Shown: positions 1 through 5,297 of the stretch, piece by piece | Layout of the letters: every line of letters begins with the position of its first letter | Numbering within the stretch: position 1 is the first letter of the stretch | DNA from: a virus | Taxonomy: Duplodnaviria > Heunggongvirae > Uroviricota > Caudoviricetes | Virus record (IMG/VR): IMGVR_UViG_2703719355_000016 | Span: 1-5,297 of that record | Length of the DNA: 5,297 bases | Reading direction: 5' to 3' (one strand) | Position numbers and translations under genes: made by a program | Notes under the pieces: generated by a model | Told to the model about the DNA's origin: nothing | Database searches by the model: none | What the model saw: the letters and a program-made list of their open reading frames with translations, nothing else

Positions 1-3000
1 GGAATAACAATCTGCCGGTCAAACGGCTGATCGTCATAAACCCTGACGGTAATGGTCCCTGATGGCCACCGCTCCGGTGCCCGGGAGTCCCGCGGAAAAG
101 CCTTACCCACTGTTTTGACTATATCGCCTTCAATCTGGTTGGCTGACAGTTTCCCCTTAATCTGACAGTTCTCATTAATTGTGACATTGTTGAGCGTCCC
201 GGCGTTCGCATTCACACTGCCACTGATATCTGCATTTTTAGCGGTCAGCTTTCCGTCCGGTGTCAGGGAAAATGCCGGAGGATTACCGCCGCTGGTAATG
301 GTGGGAGCCGTCAGGCGTTTCAGGAACACGTCGTTCATGAATATCTGATCGCCCTGACCAACAAACATCGGCTTTGTGTTGCCATTCGCAGGATTAATCA
401 TCGCAATCCTGTCTGCCGCCAGCAGCACCTGACTCTGCATTCCTGCTGGCGTATTCTCAATACCGGCACCGATACCCGCAATATAAAGGCGTCCGTCCTT
501 CATCTGTTGCAGCTTCACAGCCCACATGCTGTTCAGATTATTATTTGTATCAACCTGAACCTTCTGTATCTGCTGGATCGCTGCACTCTGGTCTTCCAGT
601 TTCTTATTGACGGTCTGCGTGATTTCATTACTGACATCCGTGATGGACGTTCTGATTTCCGCCAGGTCAGGCGCAAGCTGACCGTTATCAATCTGAGTCC
701 ACAACTCCTGAGCCAGATGGGTTTTCCCTATCTCTCCTTTGAAAAAATCCAGATAGCCGGATGCATCATCACTCGGCTGGCCAACAGCCTCCACAAATGC
801 CGATTTGCCAACGGTGTTCACACTGCGGATATAAAAGTAATAATCATGGCCCGGTTTGATATTGATACTGGCGGCTATCCAGTACAGCCCCGTGCCAAGG
901 TAGCGGGCTGTGGTTTCAACCTGCCTGATATCGGTAATCCGCGTTTCCGAAAACCAGAACTCAAACTGTACCGTCGGGTCATACACCGCAAGACGCGGGA
1001 CCGCTGTTATCTGAAAATAGCCCGGTGTCAGCTCAATCTGTGACGGCGCTGCCGGTGCGGCAATCCGGAACGATACCGACGCCGGATCGCCCTGCTGCCC
1101 CCACGCATTTACCGCCCGGACTGTCAGCCTGTAGTTCCCCGGCGCCAGTTGCGTGAAGCGGTATGTGGTTTCCGTCGTCCGGGCCGTGCTGACCAGCCGC
1201 TCACTGCCGTCATCCGCGACCACGGTCAGGCGAAGCATAAAGCTCACGCCCTTCACCACCTTCGGCGTGTCCCATTTCGCCTGCGCCAGATACTGACCGT
1301 CAGCTGCGCTCACCTCCACCTTCAGGTGCTGCACTGCCGGAGGGATGACGCTGTTCAGGGTGCCTGACTGCGGCTCAAAGCTGGCCCCGTTATCCACGAT
1401 GGCTTCCTTTTCCGGTACGTGCTGCACCGCCGTGATGGCAAAGGTGCCGTCCGTGTTTTCCCGGATGGAGACACAGCGGAACAGGCGACGACGCAGTGAC
1501 GGCAGGGAGAGTCCCCATACACCGTATGTCTCCACACCATCAGGCAGGGTGCTGACCTGTATCCGGTCCGGCGCGGGGTGTGCAGTGATGGCCACGCTCA
1601 CCGGCTTACCGCTGCCGTTAATCAGGTTCACCGTGGCGGCACCTGTCTCCGGCAGGGTCACCTCACGGTCCAGTGTCAGGGTGCGGCTGGCGGCATCGAT
1701 GGACAGGATACGTCCGCCGGTCATGGTCCCGGCATAGTCGTTATCACAGATTTCAATAATGTCACCGGGTGTGTGACGCAGCCCCTGTGACCCGAGCGTG
1801 AAATCCACCGTCTGCGTTTCCAGCAGTCCGGTCTTTATCACCCACAGCCCGGCACGGTGGGCCTGACCGCGACTGGTGCAACCGAACGCATCCATCTTCA
1901 GCAGGTTGCGCCCGTAGCGCAGTATGGCTTCCGGGTCTTCCACCAGTTCCGTGGAGGTCTGCCAGCCGTTCTGCGGGTCGGTGTAATTCACCTCCACCGC
2001 CGTGTGGCGGTCCTTCAGGGCGCTGAAGCTGTAGCGAAACCCCACGCCGTTATCATCCACCACCACATCGCAGTTGGTGTACGGCCACACCACATCCGAC
2101 GGGCGGTCCTGAACGAACGTCAGCGTCTGGCCGTTCCATACCGGCATACAGCGCATCGCCGAGCAGAAATCACTGAGAACGTCCCACGCCTTACGCTGTT
2201 GTGACAGGTACGCATTAAAGGTCATCCGCGGCTCTGTGCCCCCGAAACCATCCGGGACCGTCTGGTCGCAGTACTGCCCGATGGCATACAGCGCCCACTT
2301 GTCAACATCCGCCGCCACCAGACGTTTTCCCATGCCGTAGCGCGGGTGAGTCAGCATGTCCCACAGGCACCAGGCCGGGTTGTTGCTGTATGCCGGTTTC
2401 AGGCTGCCGTCCCAGATGCCGCTGTACGTGCGTTTTTCCGGGTCATAGTTTGACGGTACCTGGATGATGCGACCGCGGATATGGTAGTTCACCGTCATCT
2501 GCTGACCGCCAAACTGCTCCGCATCCACCTGCAGCCCCACAATCGCCGTGTTCGGGTAGCACTGTTTCACATCGATGATTTCGGTGTATGACGACCAGAG
2601 CGTCTTATTCTGCAGCTGGTCCGAGGTGCTGTCCGCTGTCTCCCGGACCATCCGGATGTTAAAGGGCCGCTCAGGCAGATTCTCCAGAATCACCGACGCC
2701 AGGTACTGTGAGGTGGTCTTGCCGTTAATGGTGACATCCTTTTCCGTCACCCAGTTACCGTTACGCTGCAACTGAATCAGCAGTCGGACAGAAGAGGGAT
2801 TACGGTCGCCCTTTGAGGTGGTCTCCAACAGTGACTGCACCCCGAAGGTGACCCGCAGGCGGTCAATGTTCGCGGATGTAATGGTGCGCGTTACCGGCTT
2901 TGCCTTCGTCACTTCCACGCCCAGTCCGGTTTCAGCTCCGGAGGACTCAAAGCCTTCCGGTGGTGTCTGCTCCTGCTCCCCGGCGCGCCAGACCGCGGTC

Positions 3001-3191
3001 ACACCGTGTATCACAGGATTGCCGTCCGTGTCCGTCAGCGGGGTTTTGTTCACCAGGATACTCTGCAGCCCCTTCACCGGGCCTTCTATCGGTCCCTCAC
3101 CAATCGCATCAATCACACTCATCATCTGCGTGGATTTGAGATTATCCTTCGCCTCTCGAGGCGTGTGCGCCCTGCCGCCACCTTTGCCCAT
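1..3191 (-). CDS. J: Host-specificity / tail-tip central fibre protein J (lambda gpJ homologue). Partial: 1063 codons in the window, C-terminal ~70 codons (receptor-binding end) lie beyond coordinate 1.
   Basis: Reverse-complement translation from the ATG at 3191..3189 reads [38 protein letters not shown]... and stays open to coordinate 3 (3189 nt = 1063 codons). It is collinear with lambda gpJ as I recall it, including [27 protein letters not shown] and [19 protein letters not shown] near the C-terminal side. GAGAGGA lies 5 nt upstream of the ATG on the minus strand. The provided ORF track omits it only because the frame has no stop inside the window. Confidence 0.93.
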   Translation of the reverse strand, partial: MGKGGGRAHTPREAKDNLKSTQMMSVIDAIGEGPIEGPVKGLQSILVNKTPLTDTDGNPVIHGVTAVWRAGEQEQTPPEGFESSGAETGLGVEVTKAKPVTRTITSANIDRLRVTFGVQSLLETTSKGDRNPSSVRLLIQLQRNGNWVTEKDVTINGKTTSQYLASVILENLPERPFNIRMVRETADSTSDQLQNKTLWSSYTEIIDVKQCYPNTAIVGLQVDAEQFGGQQMTVNYHIRGRIIQVPSNYDPEKRTYSGIWDGSLKPAYSNNPAWCLWDMLTHPRYGMGKRLVAADVDKWALYAIGQYCDQTVPDGFGGTEPRMTFNAYLSQQRKAWDVLSDFCSAMRCMPVWNGQTLTFVQDRPSDVVWPYTNCDVVVDDNGVGFRYSFSALKDRHTAVEVNYTDPQNGWQTSTELVEDPEAILRYGRNLLKMDAFGCTSRGQAHRAGLWVIKTGLLETQTVDFTLGSQGLRHTPGDIIEICDNDYAGTMTGGRILSIDAASRTLTLDREVTLPETGAATVNLINGSGKPVSVAITAHPAPDRIQVSTLPDGVETYGVWGLSLPSLRRRLFRCVSIRENTDGTFAITAVQHVPEKEAIVDNGASFEPQSGTLNSVIPPAVQHLKVEVSAADGQYLAQAKWDTPKVVKGVSFMLRLTVVADDGSERLVSTARTTETTYRFTQLAPGNYRLTVRAVNAWGQQGDPASVSFRIAAPAAPSQIELTPGYFQITAVPRLAVYDPTVQFEFWFSETRITDIRQVETTARYLGTGLYWIAASINIKPGHDYYFYIRSVNTVGKSAFVEAVGQPSDDASGYLDFFKGEIGKTHLAQELWTQIDNGQLAPDLAEIRTSITDVSNEITQTVNKKLEDQSAAIQQIQKVQVDTNNNLNSMWAVKLQQMKDGRLYIAGIGAGIENTPAGMQSQVLLAADRIAMINPANGNTKPMFVGQGDQIFMNDVFLKRLTAPTITSGGNPPAFSLTPDGKLTAKNADISGSVNANAGTLNNVTINENCQIKGKLSANQIEGDIVKTVGKAFPRDSRAPERWPSGTITVRVYDDQPFDRQIVI

Positions 3192-3196
3192 AATGT

Positions 3197-3203
3197 TCCT
3201 CTC
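3197..3203 (-). promoter_or_regulatory. Shine-Dalgarno sequence for J (GAGAGGA on the minus strand, 5-nt spacer to the ATG)
   Basis: Plus-strand tcctctc at 3197..3203 is GAGAGGA on the minus strand, immediately upstream of the J start codon at 3191..3189. Confidence 0.6.
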
Positions 3204-3315
3204 AATTGGTATTATTAATCGCAGTGATAGGATATTGCACAGCTATTGCGCGATATCATCAGAACGCTGTTTGTTACCCTGTAACCAGCAAGCTCAGTCT
3301 GTTAACGGAATTAAT
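3204..3315 (+). promoter_or_regulatory. Divergent intergenic region between the J start and sodC; presumed to hold the sodC promoter, position not resolved
   Basis: AT-rich 112-bp spacer between divergently oriented genes. Candidate hexamers are TTGCAC (3235..3240) and TATCAT (3254..3259), but they are only 13 nt apart, which is too short for a canonical sigma-70 promoter. I cannot place a -35/-10 pair confidently. Confidence 0.3.
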
Positions 3316-3320
3316 GAGGG
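3316..3320 (+). promoter_or_regulatory. Shine-Dalgarno sequence for sodC (GAGGG, 4-nt spacer to the ATG at 3325)
   Basis: Sequence ttaatGAGGGttttATG directly upstream of the sodC start. Confidence 0.65.
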
Positions 3321-3324
3321 TTTT

Positions 3325-3852
3325 ATGAAATGTAAAATCATTGCTGCCATTGCCATGCTGACAGCAGCATCATGCGGATACGCAGCAGAACAGGAAGTCC
3401 CAATGAACCTTGTCAGTGCTGACGGAAAAGAAGTCAGCATTGGAAAAATAACCATTCAGGAGACCCCCTACGGTCTGCTGTTCACACCAGCCCTTCACTC
3501 TCTGTCTGAAGGCATTCATGGTTTTCATGTGCACGAAAAAGGAAATTGCGCCCCGGCACTGAAAGACGGAAAACCGGTCGCAGCATTATCGGCTGGCGGT
3601 CACTTTGACCCGAAAAACACCGGCAAACATCTTGGCCCCTGGTCTCCGGATGGACACCTGGGCGACCTCCCTGCGCTGTTCGTGACGCATGACGGAAAAG
3701 CGAACTACCCGGTCCTGGCCCCGAGACTGAACTCATTAAAAGAGATTAAAGGGCGTTCTCTCATGCTTCATGCTGGCGGTGATAACCATCATGACCATCC
3801 GGAGCCCCTGGGCGGTGGTGGTGCGAGAATGGCCTGCGGCATCATTCAATAA
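3325..3852 (+). CDS. sodC: Periplasmic Cu,Zn superoxide dismutase (prophage-borne SodC), 175 aa with an N-terminal Sec signal peptide
   Basis: Translation [23 protein letters not shown]... has a signal-peptide-like N-terminus (basic n-region, hydrophobic core, GYA/AEQ cleavage context). Hallmark bacterial SodC motifs are present: [13 protein letters not shown] (copper His ligands plus disulfide Cys), GGHFDP, HLGDLP (zinc ligands) and [12 protein letters not shown] (catalytic Arg plus second disulfide Cys). The track ORF 2818..3852 is the same frame extended upstream; the ATG at 3325 is the first start with a ribosome-binding site. Stop TAA at 3850..3852. Confidence 0.93.
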   Translation: MKCKIIAAIAMLTAASCGYAAEQEVPMNLVSADGKEVSIGKITIQETPYGLLFTPALHSLSEGIHGFHVHEKGNCAPALKDGKPVAALSAGGHFDPKNTGKHLGPWSPDGHLGDLPALFVTHDGKANYPVLAPRLNSLKEIKGRSLMLHAGGDNHHDHPEPLGGGGARMACGIIQ

Positions 3853-3858
3853 TCAGTC

Positions 3859-3889
3859 AGGTAAGGGGCGGGCCCCTTACCTTTATTCC
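3859..3889 (+). terminator. Rho-independent terminator of sodC
   Basis: Perfect 10-bp GC-rich stem AGGTAAGGGG (3859..3868) / CCCCTTACCT (3873..3882), 4-nt loop CGGG, followed by TTATTCCT. It begins 7 nt after the sodC stop codon. Confidence 0.75.
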
Positions 3890-4418
3890 TCAGGACGATA
3901 AATCCTTTCTCCCTGAAAAGAACGGCACATCCTCCCTCTCTGAGTTAATGTTTTTGTCGTGACATAAGAATAATTCCTTACACTCAATCTTCGTAACGCT
4001 CCCGCAGTTCCTGTCCGTGAGTACTGCGGGATTTTTTCGCTTTTATGCCTGCCGCCCGATAACCACCACCTTCCCGTCACCGCCTTCATCACGGGTACTG
4101 ATGTCCTGGGAGATTCGCCGGGAGCCAACCAGCATTTCCCCGTAAGGCACCGGCATCGGGTTCCCCTGGGCAATCATGTTATCCAGCGACGAAAAGTACG
4201 TGTTCTGTTTACCGTTATCCGTTGCCCTGTATTCCGGTGTTTTTGGCTTCGGGGCCAGCATCTGTGCCACACCACCCAGTATCATGCTGGCACCCAGTGA
4301 AAACAGCATCGTGGTGGCAGAAAAACCACCGGCTGCCAGGGCTGAACCCCATAACGCCATTGATGCCCCGGCAGTGAAGAACGACCCCACGATGGCCGCC
4401 GCCCCCAGCACAATCTGC
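3872..4418. repeat. Direct repeat, copy A: 171-bp non-coding module plus the 3' 376 bp of gene I. Homology may continue to 4750, but its partner would lie beyond the window end.
   Basis: Aligns base-for-base with 4751..5297 at a constant offset of 879 bp and no indels. By-eye count: 15 mismatches in 547 bp (1 in the 171-bp non-coding part, 14 in the coding part). Confidence 0.95.
4000..4037 (+). terminator. Second plus-strand hairpin with T-tract (terminator-like) inside the 171-bp module, immediately 3' of the gene I stop
   Basis: 9-bp stem TCCCGCAGT (4000..4008) / ACTGCGGGA (4023..4031), 14-nt loop, then TTTTTT (4032..4037) and CGCTTTT. The T-tract is on the plus strand only; the minus strand has an A-run before the stem and no U-run after it. 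So it would stop plus-strand (sodC-direction or module-internal) transcription, not the tail operon. Confidence 0.5.
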
Positions 4419-4723
4419 AGTCCACCCTTTCCGGCCCCGGCCAGTCGCGGCACAATGTGGATGACCGTTCCCTCACCCAGCTGTTCGTGAAGACGGGCGT
4501 ACACCGCCTCCGGTGCCGTGTCATCACCGGCAATACGTATCTGGTACCAGCCTTCGTTCATCTGACGGCGAAAGCCCGGCATCTGCATCGACAGGGCGCG
4601 AATGGCTTCCGCTGCCGTGTTCACATACAGGCTGAGGCGGCGGCCAAATCGTTGTAAATCCCCGTGAAGGCAGATACGTGCCAGTGGCGGTGACGCCAGG
4701 CTGAATGCGTTCGTCGTTGCCAT
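4043..4723 (-). CDS. I: Tail assembly protein I (lambda gpI homologue), 226 aa
   Basis: Translation MATTNAFSLASPPLARICLHGDLQRFGRRLSLYVNTAAEAIRAL...NGKQNTYFSSLDNMIAQGNPMPVPYGEMLVGSRRISQDIS... is collinear with lambda gpI as recalled (ARICLYGDLQRFGRR, QNTYFSSLDNM, GA-rich hydrophobic segment). ATG at 4723..4721, stop TAA at 4045..4043. Confidence 0.9.
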   Translation of the reverse strand: MATTNAFSLASPPLARICLHGDLQRFGRRLSLYVNTAAEAIRALSMQMPGFRRQMNEGWYQIRIAGDDTAPEAVYARLHEQLGEGTVIHIVPRLAGAGKGGLQIVLGAAAIVGSFFTAGASMALWGSALAAGGFSATTMLFSLGASMILGGVAQMLAPKPKTPEYRATDNGKQNTYFSSLDNMIAQGNPMPVPYGEMLVGSRRISQDISTRDEGGDGKVVVIGRQA

Positions 4724-4734
4724 TTTTCGGAATA

Positions 4735-4742
4735 CCTCTCCC
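4735..4742 (-). promoter_or_regulatory. Possible Shine-Dalgarno sequence for gene I (GGGAGAGG on the minus strand, ~11-nt spacer)
   Basis: Plus-strand cctctccc at 4735..4742 is GGGAGAGG on the minus strand. The spacing to the ATG at 4723 is at the long end of the functional range. Confidence 0.4.
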
Positions 4743-4878
4743 GTTTACTAGCCCCTTACCTTTATTCCTCAGGACGATAAATCCTTTCTCCCTGAAAAGA
4801 ACGGCACATCCTCCCTCTCTGAGTTAATGTTTTTGTCGTGACATAAGAATAATTCCTTACACTCAATCTTCGTAACGC

Positions 4879-4916
4879 TCCCGCAGTTCCTGTCCGTGAG
4901 CACTGCGGGATTTTTT
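4879..4916 (+). terminator. Copy of the plus-strand hairpin plus T-tract within repeat copy B
   Basis: Same stem and T-tract as 4000..4037. The single non-coding mismatch between copies (4022 vs 4901, T to C) falls in the loop and preserves the stem. Confidence 0.45.
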
Positions 4917-4921
4917 CGCTT

Positions 4922-5297
4922 TTATGCCTGCCGCCCGATAACCACGACCTTTCCGCCCCCGCCTTCATCACGGGTACTGATGTCCTGGGAGATTCGCCGG
5001 GAGCCAACCAGCATTTCCCCGTAAGGCACCGGCATCGGGTTCCCCTGGGCAATCATGTTATCCAGCGAGGAAAAGTACGTGTTCTGTCTGCCGTTATCCG
5101 TTGCGCGGTAATCCGGTGTTTTTGCCTTCGGGGCCAGCATCTGGGCCACACCACCCAGAATCATGCTGGCCCCCAGTGAAAACAGCATCGTGGTGGCAGA
5201 AAAACCACCGGCTGCCAGGGCTGAACCCCATAACGCCATTGATGCCCCGGCAGTGAAGAACGACCCCACGATGGCCGCCGCCCCCAGCACAATCTGC
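4922..5297 (-). CDS. I: Second copy of tail assembly protein I. 5'-partial: the N-terminal part lies beyond the window end.
   Basis: In-frame translation ...LGAAAIVGSFFTAGASMALWGSALAAGGFSATTMLFSLGASMILGGVAQMLAPKAKTPDYRATDNGRQNTYFSSLDNMIAQGNPMPVPYGEMLVGSRRISQDISTRDEGGGGKVVVIGRQA* differs from the complete copy at 4 residues (KPK/KAK, E/D, K/R, D/G). Same stop context at 4922..4924. The frame is open to the window edge. Confidence 0.85.
   Translation of the reverse strand, partial: QIVLGAAAIVGSFFTAGASMALWGSALAAGGFSATTMLFSLGASMILGGVAQMLAPKAKTPDYRATDNGRQNTYFSSLDNMIAQGNPMPVPYGEMLVGSRRISQDISTRDEGGGGKVVVIGRQA

Larger units (their letters stand above)
4751..5297. repeat. Direct repeat, copy B: the same 171-bp non-coding module plus the 3' part of a second gene I copy. 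Runs to the window end.
   Basis: Same alignment as copy A, offset 879 bp. It starts with GCCCCTTACC, the 3' arm of the sodC terminator hairpin, but lacks the 5' arm. Confidence 0.95.

Noticed and set aside
1355-1540. Minus-strand 61-aa ORF inside J
   Set aside because: Same strand as J but out of frame and internal to it.
507-2204. Plus-strand ORFs 507..1043, 1149..1367, 1345..1737, 1578..1790, 1857..2204 (and 2575..2775, 2900..3139, 3006..3218)
   Set aside because: All lie antisense to, and fully inside, the long J reading frame on the minus strand. They are in mixed frames, have no ribosome-binding sites and show Arg/His/Cys-rich shadow-ORF composition.
2818-3324. Upstream extension of the sodC frame (track ORF 2818..3852, 344 aa)
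   Set aside because: The N-terminal 169 codons overlap the J coding region antisense and have no SOD-like sequence. The ATG at 3325 has a proper ribosome-binding site and begins a canonical signal peptide.
3482-3736. Minus-strand 84-aa ORF inside sodC
   Set aside because: Antisense shadow of a well-supported gene.
3883-4173. Minus-strand 96-aa ORF (and its duplicate 4762..5052) spanning the 171-bp module and the 3' end of I
   Set aside because: It overlaps gene I out of frame, is Arg/Cys-rich and low-complexity, and has no usable ribosome-binding site (the only GGAGG is flush against an internal ATG). Its presence in both copies is a trivial consequence of the duplication.
4176-4657. Plus-strand ORFs 4176..4490 and 4457..4657, and minus-strand ORF 4282..4533
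   Set aside because: All are alternative-frame or antisense shadows inside gene I, with no start-signal context.
4724-4750. TAG TAA at 4750..4745 (minus strand) as the stop of an upstream K gene
   Set aside because: The sequence upstream on the minus strand is the duplicated 171-bp module, which is downstream of an I copy, not K coding sequence. The stops are just part of the junction sequence.
3872-5297. CRISPR array or insertion sequence as an explanation for the repeats
   Set aside because: There are only two copies of a long (547 bp or more) unit that contains a phage structural gene. There are no short regularly spaced repeats, no terminal inverted repeats and no transposase-like ORF.

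Overview
This window is the tail-tip region of a lambda-like (lambdoid) enterobacterial prophage, read on the minus strand, with one cargo gene on the plus strand. I do not see an undescribed system here; the content is explained by known gene families. Minus strand: a 5'-partial second copy of tail assembly gene I (4922..5297, running off the right edge), a complete gene I (4043..4723), and most of the host-specificity gene J (3191..1, its last ~70 codons lying beyond coordinate 1). Plus strand: a periplasmic Cu,Zn superoxide dismutase (sodC, 3325..3852) sits between I and J in the opposite orientation, with its own ribosome-binding site and intrinsic terminator. The notable structure is an 879-bp-period direct repeat (3872..4418 vs 4751..5297) that duplicates the 3' part of I plus a 171-bp non-coding module. 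The non-coding part is almost identical between copies (1 mismatch in 171) while the coding part differs at 14 of 376 positions, mostly synonymously. All protein identifications rest on my own translation and on remembered lambda gpI/gpJ and bacterial SodC sequences; no database search was run.
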